DNA of 32,000 bases from Candidatus Saccharimonadota bacterium (GCA_023898645.1 CP060232.1:900001-932000), one strand, 5' to 3'; positions 8,533 through 16,361 are shown, numbered from the stretch's first letter. Made by a program: numbers and translations. The notes: generated from the sequence alone by a model not told the origin.

Positions 8533-9915
8533 TTATTCGGTGCGCAGTGCTTCAATCGGATCAAGCTTAGCGGCCTTTCGTGCAGGCAGATAACCAGCAC
8601 ACACGGCAATAATCATCAGTCCGATAATCAGACCAACAATCGGCAACGGCTGAAAGACTAATAAATAATTGCCGTCACCAAGAGTAAGCTGCTCAGTAAT
8701 CCATGGGTTCAGCGCCGTACCGGCACCCCAAGCTACAGCCGCCCCGATAGCCCCACCAAGAAAACCAATCCACGCCGCCTCATATCGGAATAATTTTGCC
8801 ACGTCCTTACTTCTCATACCTAACGCTTTCATCAGGCCAATCTGACTCGTACGCTCTAGTACACTGATGTACTGCGTGTTGATAATGCCAAACACACTAG
8901 TCAGCAATGCCAGCACACCAAAGCCTGAAACAATCCCCTGCAAGATAGTAACGACTGTAAAAAGTAAATTCTGTAAATCCTTAGCTGTTTGTACCGTGTA
9001 ATCCTGCTTCTTGAGCTTCTGCTTCACGACTTCCGGGTCAATACCCTTCTTCACTTTTGCCGTCACGATGACATACTTCTGATAATTTGGCGTTCCTTTC
9101 GTAGTATAGTCAGTCAGTTCTTGAGCTTTCGCGTCAGAAATCTGCATAGCCTGATTCGAAGTCAACGTCGCAGATGACTGCTGGCTAACAGCACGAATCG
9201 TCAGTACAACGTCTTTCGATTCAGATTGAGACAATTGTCTTAAACCACTCAAACCTTTCGTTGCGATTATTTGATTTATTTCAGCTTCGGTAGGCGTTGT
9301 CGCTGGCTTAGAAACGGTAACCGTAATTTTCTTTCCCACCAAATCCGATAAATGTTTCACACCAAGCTTTTTCGCATACGACTCAGGTATGATGACATCA
9401 TCGGCCCCAATGTCGGTGCCAAGCACAGGAATATTGCCAGCCGCAGCATCACTCCGAACTCCCGGATCATATTGTGTGATGTCTGCTATATACTTTTTTG
9501 GAAGCCCCTCAAATGTTATATACTTTGCCGATACGTTATACCTAGGTCGGACAGATTCAAGATCTTTTTCTTTACGTAGTTTTTCTAAATCCGAAGCCGT
9601 CAGTTGTTTAAAAGTGATGGTACGCCCAGCGCCAGCACTACTACTCAATGCATTCGGATCATATTCCTTCAACCCGGACTGAACTGCACCACCACCGCCA
9701 AACAGTGTCTTGTCCTTGGCAATAATCAACGTCTGCGGATCAATATTACTCCTGATGAGGTTATCGGCATATTGTCGCGAACCTTCACCGGCTGCAATCG
9801 ACACCGTCAACGTAAACGCACCCACTGCAATGGCCAGGCTCGTCAAAAGCGTCCTCGTTTTTGCCTGGCGTAAACTACGCCCGGCTCGGCGTATTATGTC
9901 CCGCCTCTTAATCAT
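8533..9915 (-). CDS. ABC transporter permease, MacB/FtsX type
   Basis: It has one N-terminal TM, a ~275-aa extracytoplasmic domain and three C-terminal TMs (FtsX domain ending ...LPARKAAKLDPIEALR). A 4-nt ATGA overlap links it to the upstream ATPase gene. Confidence 0.85.
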   Translation of the reverse strand: MIKRRDIIRRAGRSLRQAKTRTLLTSLAIAVGAFTLTVSIAAGEGSRQYADNLIRSNIDPQTLIIAKDKTLFGGGGAVQSGLKEYDPNALSSSAGAGRTITFKQLTASDLEKLRKEKDLESVRPRYNVSAKYITFEGLPKKYIADITQYDPGVRSDAAAGNIPVLGTDIGADDVIIPESYAKKLGVKHLSDLVGKKITVTVSKPATTPTEAEINQIIATKGLSGLRQLSQSESKDVVLTIRAVSQQSSATLTSNQAMQISDAKAQELTDYTTKGTPNYQKYVIVTAKVKKGIDPEVVKQKLKKQDYTVQTAKDLQNLLFTVVTILQGIVSGFGVLALLTSVFGIINTQYISVLERTSQIGLMKALGMRSKDVAKLFRYEAAWIGFLGGAIGAAVAWGAGTALNPWITEQLTLGDGNYLLVFQPLPIVGLIIGLMIIAVCAGYLPARKAAKLDPIEALRTE

Positions 9916-10649
9916 TTCTTGACCTTCTTTCCACCGCTAACAGATATCTTCTTACTTTCAGTACGCTTCGCATGACCACCGTTTATATTCGTAATCTCGC
10001 CGTCTTTTATATATATCTGCATATCGCATTTACTCGCCAGATCGTGATCATGGGTCACGATTATCAATGTCGCTCCCTGTTTTTTAGTGTAGTCGAATAG
10101 CAATTTCTCAATCACATCACCAGTCGTACTATCTAAATTGCCTGTAGGCTCGTCAGCAAAAAGCACTTGCGGAGCATTAACGATTGCGCGAGCAATCGCC
10201 AGTCGCTGCTTTTGGCCCCCAGAAAGATCTCTAGCACGAGATTTTAATTTTTCACCCAATTCAACAGCTTCAAGCGCTTTAAGCACCTTCTGTTTACGCG
10301 TCCTTTTCGGCACACCAGCAATTTCTAGCGGTAAACTAACGTTGTCGTAACACGTTTCATTCCCCTGCACGAAAAAAGACTGAAAAATAAAACTCATCTT
10401 GGTTGCCCGAAACTTATCTACAGCCTTACTCTTTAACTTCAAAATATCTTCTTCGTCAATGATTACTTCACCATTTTCCGGCCTATCTAGACCGCTCATC
10501 ACATGCATCAACGTTGATTTACCGCTACCAGACTTTCCAATAATCGCCACACTAGCACCGCTCGGTACCTTAAAACTGATATCGTTAAGTGCTACAAATG
10601 CGTTTTGTTTCTTGCCATACTTTTTAGTTACATGACGGACTTCAATCAT
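9912..10649 (-). CDS. ABC transporter ATP-binding protein (MacB/LolD-like)
   Basis: It carries Walker A GKSGSGKST, signature LSGGQKQR, Walker B LFADEPT and an H-loop VTHD. Confidence 0.93.
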   Translation of the reverse strand: MIEVRHVTKKYGKKQNAFVALNDISFKVPSGASVAIIGKSGSGKSTLMHVMSGLDRPENGEVIIDEEDILKLKSKAVDKFRATKMSFIFQSFFVQGNETCYDNVSLPLEIAGVPKRTRKQKVLKALEAVELGEKLKSRARDLSGGQKQRLAIARAIVNAPQVLFADEPTGNLDSTTGDVIEKLLFDYTKKQGATLIIVTHDHDLASKCDMQIYIKDGEITNINGGHAKRTESKKISVSGGKKVKK

Positions 10650-11092
10650 TAGGAGACCTTAATTGTGTTTTTTGATTTCTTTTGTGCTTTTCGAGTAATC
10701 TTTTTCGCAACCTTGCGACGCTTCTTATCATCCGCAGCAGTATCGTGTTCCTCTAGCGCAGCTATGACCTCATGATCTAGCTCGATATCTTCATGCACTT
10801 CACGAACCAAACGATGATCACTACTCACTAGATCTTTCAATTGTTCGCTAATTTCACGTACTTCACGTACTGCCCTCTGCGTTAATTGCATCTGTCTAGA
10901 AATTGTTATACTCTGCAATATCGTTACCAAAAGTGCCGCCACACTTATGCCGAATGCAATGAGACTAAACGTCAGATGAGACGGATCTTCACCCAAATTT
11001 GCAAACACTAAAACACCGAGACCGATCAAGGATATGAGAATAATAATCCTTGCCAGCAAAAAATAACGCACCTGCATATCCCTGTATCCCAT
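10649..11092 (-). CDS. Hypothetical small membrane protein (2 TM, cytoplasmic helical region, Lys/Arg-rich tail)
   Basis: Two hydrophobic segments (FLLARIIILISLIGLGVLVF, LIAFGISVAALLVTIL) are followed by a charged helical region and a KKRRKVAKKITRKAQKKSK tail. A TAATG overlap links it to the ABC ATPase gene. I recognise no family. Confidence 0.6.
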   Translation of the reverse strand: MGYRDMQVRYFLLARIIILISLIGLGVLVFANLGEDPSHLTFSLIAFGISVAALLVTILQSITISRQMQLTQRAVREVREISEQLKDLVSSDHRLVREVHEDIELDHEVIAALEEHDTAADDKKRRKVAKKITRKAQKKSKNTIKVS

Positions 11093-11099
11093 AACTGTC

Positions 11100-11105
11100 T
11101 TTATA
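11100..11105 (-). promoter_or_regulatory. Possible -10 box for the small membrane protein / ABC operon
   Basis: On the minus strand, TATAAA then 7 nt (gacagtt) to ATG 11092. Confidence 0.35.
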
Positions 11106-11155
11106 GTACAGCATCATAAGTATTTTGCCTACATACACATCAACCATGATTAACA

Positions 11156-11192
11156 AAAAAGTCAATATTTGTTAGTAGAATATTGACTTTTT
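11156..11192. repeat. Perfect 14-bp inverted repeat
   Basis: AAAAAGTCAATATT (11156-11169), a 9-nt spacer, then AATATTGACTTTTT (11179-11192). Confidence 0.95.
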
Positions 11193-11218
11193 ATCAAACT
11201 TATGCTAATCTACTAACA
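11170..11218. repeat. Perfect 10-bp inverted repeat interleaved with the first
   Basis: TGTTAGTAGA (11170-11179), a 29-nt spacer, then TCTACTAACA (11209-11218). The right arm overlaps the -10 box. Confidence 0.95.
11183..11211 (+). promoter_or_regulatory. Promoter of orphan gene 11255-12658
   Basis: TTGACT (11183-11188), a 17-nt spacer ending in TGc, then TAATCT (11206-11211). It is embedded in two inverted repeats. Confidence 0.5.
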
Positions 11219-11254
11219 GATAGAAATTAACCTAACGAAGTTCTTAACACCACT

Positions 11255-12658
11255 ATGACAAACAGCGAATCAAATCCAGAGCACAAGACGCACTCAAAGC
11301 GTAGTTCTTATAACGACATAAGTTCGCAAGGACTGATTAACCACCTCAAAGATCATCAAAAACAACTTGAGGATCAGCTAGAAGAAGTTCAGAATCGTCC
11401 AGGTGGCTTCAAACTTGACGCCGTAGGCATATTGAAAAAACATCGCGAAGAACTACGCGCCAAAGACCAGTTGGCGGAATTTAACGAAGACTGGAATAAG
11501 AACGGGGGTGATGCCATCGACAAAGCTCAAGAAGCTGTCGATAGCCTCAATTTCCGCTCCAACGCCACCGACCATGTTTACGCAAAAGCAGCCCTGCGCG
11601 ACGCTAAAGACGCCTTCTATAAAAACGTTGTCGATGTTGAGGATGAAGCTGAAACCACCGATGTTGAAGTTGAGACAGACACGAAAGAAGAATTAGATAC
11701 AACCCATTCAGACTCGGAAACACAGCACGAAGAAGACATTCCCGAAAAGACAAAAACAGCTACCGCCTCCTCAGACCATAGGTCATACGGCGAACGATTC
11801 GTAGAGGGTAAAGACCCTGAAACTTATGTATCTCCTGAAATGGTCAAGGAAGCACTTAAAAAGTATCACGCAGAACGTAAACTTCAACGTGCTGAAATTG
11901 AAGCTAGCCTAGATGATCTAGAGAAAGCTGTTAGCGAAACCCCTGAACATGATGATATCGAAAGTGAAATCGATGAACTTGAAGTTGCAGTTAACGATAC
12001 CGAGGAGACAGATACATCCCCAATCCCCTCACCGGAAACTCAAAGGGGATGGTTTAAGCGTAATAAAGAGCATGTTCGCAAACTAGCCGTTCAATCACGA
12101 GAGCGTACAACTCAACGAATGTCATTCAAAAAATCACTTCGTAACGTTAAAGAAAAAATGGTTAATGTCAGGTTAAAATCGATTAACCGTTTCGGCAATA
12201 TCATCAGCAAATTTAACCGGAATCGTCAAAAAGAAACGTTCATGCATCAACAAATTGAACAATATAGTGACGGACAAATGAACCTCGTTTTTAGCGATAA
12301 AGGAGATCGAGTACCGATTGGACCAAGTAGCGCGCAAAAATACGGTCGCTATTTCGATCTAGACGACATGGCCATCATTACAACCGAATCAGGTAAGCAA
12401 TACGGATTAGTTAAGGGGTACCTCATAGACAAGCTGTCAGGTGAAGCGCACGCACTACCCCCACAGTCCATCGATCTAACGATTGGCAAAAAAGCCAAAC
12501 TACCAATTATTGGAAAGATCGGTGCCATTACATCATTACAATTACGCTATAAGGTTGATCAACCCGGTAGCAGCTTGGCAAATATACACAGCACCGACCC
12601 TAACCCCTTCACTAAATTTGAAGATATCGCAAATCAACAAGAAGCCGCTAACGTCTAA
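11255..12658 (+). CDS. Hypothetical protein, acidic and probably disordered N-terminal two thirds with a ~130-aa C-terminal globular region
   Basis: This is a long clean ORF of 467 aa with its own promoter. It has no TM segment, signal peptide or motif that I recognise. Confidence 0.6.
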   Translation: MTNSESNPEHKTHSKRSSYNDISSQGLINHLKDHQKQLEDQLEEVQNRPGGFKLDAVGILKKHREELRAKDQLAEFNEDWNKNGGDAIDKAQEAVDSLNFRSNATDHVYAKAALRDAKDAFYKNVVDVEDEAETTDVEVETDTKEELDTTHSDSETQHEEDIPEKTKTATASSDHRSYGERFVEGKDPETYVSPEMVKEALKKYHAERKLQRAEIEASLDDLEKAVSETPEHDDIESEIDELEVAVNDTEETDTSPIPSPETQRGWFKRNKEHVRKLAVQSRERTTQRMSFKKSLRNVKEKMVNVRLKSINRFGNIISKFNRNRQKETFMHQQIEQYSDGQMNLVFSDKGDRVPIGPSSAQKYGRYFDLDDMAIITTESGKQYGLVKGYLIDKLSGEAHALPPQSIDLTIGKKAKLPIIGKIGAITSLQLRYKVDQPGSSLANIHSTDPNPFTKFEDIANQQEAANV

Positions 12659-12678
12659 AGTAAACCGGAGACACAAAT

Positions 12679-12987
12679 ATGCAAAATCACATCACTACAG
12701 ACGACATTCGCAACCTTGGAGTAACGCTTAACGACGAAGAGCTGGAAAAATTGGTCGCAGAACTGAACGACAAGGTAGATGGCATGATTGGCAACGAAAT
12801 CATTACTTCCCTCACCCCTGAAGATGTCGATACGTTAGCTGAAATGCAAGAGAAAGCAACCGACGAAGAAATCGGTGAATGGATTAGTGAACACATACCT
12901 GACTACGAAGAAATCATAGAAGATAATCGCAATATTGTCTTAGGTGATTTTGTAGATACAAGTGATCTCATAGATAAAGACGAGTAA
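12679..12987 (+). CDS. Hypothetical small highly acidic protein
   Basis: The 102-aa ORF has an SD GGAGA 8 nt upstream of the ATG and lies 20 nt after the preceding gene. It is very rich in Asp/Glu. I recognise no family. Confidence 0.55.
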   Translation: MQNHITTDDIRNLGVTLNDEELEKLVAELNDKVDGMIGNEIITSLTPEDVDTLAEMQEKATDEEIGEWISEHIPDYEEIIEDNRNIVLGDFVDTSDLIDKDE

Positions 12988-12989
12988 TT

Positions 12990-13874
12990 TTACAAAACAT
13001 CGCCACTACGCAACGCTTCGGCATGCAAAATAGCGATTTTTTGTGTGATTGAATTTTCACCGTCTAACTTTCGTCCATCAATCTCAGCAACACTAGCCAC
13101 GAATGCTGATGTACCACAAACGAATACTTCATCTGCGATATAAAGCTCCGTTAAGTCGACGGTGCGTTCCTGAACTGATATACCTGCCGCTTCCGCCATT
13201 TCAATAATTGCTCGACGATTAATCCCCTCCAGCAAATCACTGCTTGTATCAGGAGTGATCAGTCTTCCATCGCGCACCATAAATATATTGGCCGCAGCGA
13301 GCTCGCAAACATGCCCGGATTGATCTAGGAATATACAATCGTCGTAACCAGCATCAAGCGCGTCCTGATGAGCTAATACCGAATTCACATAAGCGCCATT
13401 CACCTTGGCTCGTGAAGGTATACTATTGTCCGGTATGCGACGCCATTGGCTAGTCTTAAGCCGAACGCCACTCGATTTCATAATTGGCGTAGCCGTATAA
13501 ATAAACATGCTCAACTGCGTAGAAACCCCTCGGGAACGAGTGCCAGGCAACAGACCATCTGCATGGACCGTAGCCCGCACAAACACTGGTTCGTCAGGAC
13601 TATTAGCATCAAGCAACCCCTTCACCAACTCTTGAAATTTATCAAAAGACAAATTCTTCGGCCAATCCAAACCAATGATTTTTGCTGAAGACCGTAACCG
13701 ATCATAATGCTGTTGCAAACGAAATGCACGAAACCTACCTTTTTCAGGCAAAACATAAAATACCGTGTATATGCTAAGGCCGTAAAGTACCGCCGCGCTA
13801 GCAACAGACAAGTGCGCCTGAGCAATCGGTACTATTTTTTGATTGAAGTACGCTTTGTCGTGAATCGTTGCCAT
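12990..13874 (-). CDS. PLP fold-type IV aminotransferase (branched-chain amino acid or D-amino acid aminotransferase-like)
   Basis: The catalytic Lys context SRAKVNGAYVNS is followed by ...GYDDCIFLD..G.V.E..AANIF and LEGINRR, matching the IlvE/Dat/PabC family. An SD GGAG inside the lysS 3' end suggests coupling to lysS. Confidence 0.75.
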   Translation of the reverse strand: MATIHDKAYFNQKIVPIAQAHLSVASAAVLYGLSIYTVFYVLPEKGRFRAFRLQQHYDRLRSSAKIIGLDWPKNLSFDKFQELVKGLLDANSPDEPVFVRATVHADGLLPGTRSRGVSTQLSMFIYTATPIMKSSGVRLKTSQWRRIPDNSIPSRAKVNGAYVNSVLAHQDALDAGYDDCIFLDQSGHVCELAAANIFMVRDGRLITPDTSSDLLEGINRRAIIEMAEAAGISVQERTVDLTELYIADEVFVCGTSAFVASVAEIDGRKLDGENSITQKIAILHAEALRSGDVL

Positions 13875-13878
13875 GGTA

Positions 13879-15381
13879 TTACTCCAGGGTTACATCCGAA
13901 TAAACGGATTTCGTTGTTTCATCAATCTCGTGACGCAGCTGCGGGAATGGAACTCCTTCACGCGCACTAACGCCTTCAAATATCCAAAATACGCGCTCAC
14001 TAAAGCCCCAGCCACACGCCGGTGGCATGCCATACTCAAGCATTTCGATGTAATCGATATCAAGCATCATCGCTTCCTCGTCACCAGCATCACGCATTTT
14101 TTGCTGCTCAACAAACCGATTAAGTTGATCTAAAGGATCATTCAGTTCAGAGAAACCGTTTCCAAGTTCCGATCCAGCAATAACCGGCTGGAAACGTTGT
14201 GTTGTTTCTGGCCTGTCATGATTAGTCTTCGATAGTGGACTCACAAACGTCGGTGTATTAATAAGCCATACAGGACCTGCAACATCTTTACGGATGTTTT
14301 TCCAAAGCTTATCTATACCACGCGCCTTATTTTCCGTTTTCTCTACCTCAAGTTTATGCTCCGAGAGTGCCTGCTTTACTTCATCTAAAGTACAGTTAAA
14401 AATGTCTATGCCGTAATGTTTTTTAATAACTTCAGCGTAATCCCACTCTTCCCACTCTTTGCCAAGATCGACATCGAATGAACCAAGCTTGAATTGCAAA
14501 GTTCCAAACGTCTCCTTCAGTACGTGGCGATACATATCTGTCATAAATTTCATGCCGTCACGCCAATCAGCATATGCCCAATACCATTCCATGGCCACGT
14601 GTTCTGGTAGGTGTTCGTCGCTGTAGTTTTCATTTCTAAATCGTGGACCGATGTCATATACTTTTTCAAAACCAGCACCGAGTAACCGCTTGAGCGGTAG
14701 TTCATGACTAATGCGCAAATAAAAATCTTGGTCAAGCGCATCCATATGCGTCACAAACGGATTAGCATCTGCGCCACCGGTCGTGTGTTCAAGAACTGGC
14801 ACATTGACTTCAACGAAACCATTTCGATTGAGATAATCGCGCGTTGCCTGCCAAAAACGGCTACGCCTCACGAATCGTTCACGCACATCAAGATTAACAT
14901 TCATGTCGACGTAACGACGACGCAAGCGTTGCTCCTTGTCGGTCAACTCCGTAGGCATAGGCCGCAGGCTTTTGGTAAGTAGTCGCAGAGTTTTAACGCC
15001 TACCGAAATTTCTCCGGTTTTTGTTTTTATCACCTCACCTGTCGCCTCAACGAAATCACCACTATCAAGTAGCGGCAACTGTTCCATGCCGATAACACTC
15101 TGGTCAGCATTAAGCGGTGCGACATCTGGCGCGTGCAAAAATAACTGTACTTGCCCTGTTTGATCACGAATAACGATAAAAGCTAACTTGCCAAATTTGC
15201 GAAGTCCCATGATTCGTCCCGCTACAGTCACTGTCTGGCCCTGTAATTGTTCAAATTCATTAACAATATCAGTAGTATTGTGTGTTCGATGCGAATCGGC
15301 CGGATATGCATCAACGCCCAGCTCTCTAAGCTGGGTCAATTTTCGAAGACGTTCATCTCTGTAATCTTGGAGCGTTGCCAT
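13879..15381 (-). CDS. lysS: Lysyl-tRNA synthetase, class II
   Basis: The 500-aa protein has an N-terminal OB anticodon-binding domain (VTVAGRIMGLRKFGKLAFIVIRD) and class II motifs (YLRISHELPLKR, FRNE, GGWGFSER-like). Confidence 0.96.
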   Translation of the reverse strand: MATLQDYRDERLRKLTQLRELGVDAYPADSHRTHNTTDIVNEFEQLQGQTVTVAGRIMGLRKFGKLAFIVIRDQTGQVQLFLHAPDVAPLNADQSVIGMEQLPLLDSGDFVEATGEVIKTKTGEISVGVKTLRLLTKSLRPMPTELTDKEQRLRRRYVDMNVNLDVRERFVRRSRFWQATRDYLNRNGFVEVNVPVLEHTTGGADANPFVTHMDALDQDFYLRISHELPLKRLLGAGFEKVYDIGPRFRNENYSDEHLPEHVAMEWYWAYADWRDGMKFMTDMYRHVLKETFGTLQFKLGSFDVDLGKEWEEWDYAEVIKKHYGIDIFNCTLDEVKQALSEHKLEVEKTENKARGIDKLWKNIRKDVAGPVWLINTPTFVSPLSKTNHDRPETTQRFQPVIAGSELGNGFSELNDPLDQLNRFVEQQKMRDAGDEEAMMLDIDYIEMLEYGMPPACGWGFSERVFWIFEGVSAREGVPFPQLRHEIDETTKSVYSDVTLE

Positions 15382-15389
15382 ATGTAAGC

Positions 15390-15395
15390 ATTATA
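15390..15395 (-). promoter_or_regulatory. lysS -10 box, leaderless-type
   Basis: On the minus strand, TATAAT then 8 nt (gcttacat) to ATG 15381. Confidence 0.5.
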
Positions 15396-15478
15396 CACTA
15401 CAATCTGTGGTAACAGAGGTAAAAATAGATATGGTAACGAATTTTACAACTTCTTAAATCATATTTGGTATAAAAGTA

Positions 15479-15507
15479 TTGACTCAAAACGCTTAGCGTG
15501 CTATAAT
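15479..15507 (+). promoter_or_regulatory. Consensus sigma70-type promoter
   Basis: TTGACT (15479-15484), a 17-nt spacer, then TATAAT (15502-15507). No start codon lies within 10 nt, so it drives a leader or sRNA rather than a leaderless mRNA. Confidence 0.7.
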
Positions 15508-15517
15508 TGCGCCGTAA

Positions 15518-15535
15518 CATATAGCACATATAGCA
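15518..15535 (+). repeat. 9-nt tandem direct repeat
   Basis: CATATAGCA occurs twice (15518-15526 and 15527-15535), followed by a partial CA. It lies immediately downstream of the predicted TSS of the consensus promoter. Confidence 0.9.
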
Positions 15536-15616
15536 CAAATGATATCGGAAACTTCCCAGAATCTATCAAATTATCAAGCCGCTTATCAAACAACGACATC
15601 TATTGCTAACCTGTTC

Positions 15617-15643
15617 GGCCAGACAAATGTAACTGGCCTTTTT
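15617..15643 (+). terminator. Terminator or attenuator hairpin inside the 15382-15680 intergenic region
   Basis: GGCCAG-acaaatgtaa-CTGGCC is followed by TTTTT. It lies ~105 nt downstream of a consensus promoter and 38 nt upstream of the GTG at 15681. Confidence 0.6.
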
Positions 15644-15680
15644 AAATACAAACTAATATTGCATAGGCAGGGAAAATAAC

Positions 15681-16304
15681 GTGTCGAATTCTACACACGA
15701 GCTATTCGGTAAAGCATACAGATCATTAAACCCTCGAGCGAATCGAGTTGAAAAAATGAGTTCAAAGATAAGAACTACAGCCGAACATGTTCGCGCGCAC
15801 CCAGAAAAATTGAATGATAAGGTCGTGAAATCGCTTACGAAATCCGTGAAGAATCTACTTAAAACAAATGGCGGAAACCTCGAAAAACTCTACCCCACCA
15901 TCGAAGCTGCCATGGCAAGTCGAGATCAAAAACTAGGTATGATTGCAATGGAGCTAATTGATGAGACTTTCCCTGTTAACGAAGAGATCCCCGCAATGAC
16001 AAGGGTTGCCAACAGGCAAAGCCGCCAAGATTTTCGCACTGCCATGGAACGAACCAATAACGACACTACTTTCAGTGAAGCCTTAGTTACTGCGGAACTT
16101 TCATCAGAAACGTTGCATAGTTCGGAGTCTAGAAGCGACCTACACGACATCTATGTAGCTAACCACGATGCACACATCAAGGAGGCTGCAAAAAATGGGG
16201 ACACCGACGGTGAAGGCACTGTACGAGTTGATCCAAACGAATTATTTGACGACGAAGACGAAGAAGATTATGTAAACAAAAATGACTTGCAACACGTTGC
16301 TTAA
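15681..16304 (+). CDS. Hypothetical protein, soluble with an acidic C-terminus
   Basis: The 207-aa ORF has a GTG start with AGGGA 7 nt upstream. A strong bidirectional terminator follows it. I recognise no family. Confidence 0.5.
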   Translation: MSNSTHELFGKAYRSLNPRANRVEKMSSKIRTTAEHVRAHPEKLNDKVVKSLTKSVKNLLKTNGGNLEKLYPTIEAAMASRDQKLGMIAMELIDETFPVNEEIPAMTRVANRQSRQDFRTAMERTNNDTTFSEALVTAELSSETLHSSESRSDLHDIYVANHDAHIKEAAKNGDTDGEGTVRVDPNELFDDEDEEDYVNKNDLQHVA

Positions 16305-16320
16305 AAAGCATACGCCAATC

Positions 16321-16348
16321 AAAAAGCGCCTTCAGTAAGGCGCTTTTT
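16321..16348. terminator. Bidirectional intrinsic terminator between convergent genes 15681-16304 and greA
   Basis: The sequence reads AAAAA-GCGCCTT-cagt-AAGGCGC-TTTTT. It has a 7-bp GC-rich stem and a 4-nt loop, with A and T runs on either side. Confidence 0.85.
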
Positions 16349-16361
16349 GATTACATTGAAA

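Noticed and set aside
11156-11192. The A5-stem-T5 palindrome could be read as a bidirectional intrinsic terminator.
   Set aside because: Both flanking genes diverge from this region, so nothing is transcribed into it. The stem is AT-rich and its right arm carries a -35 box. An operator or regulatory role fits better.
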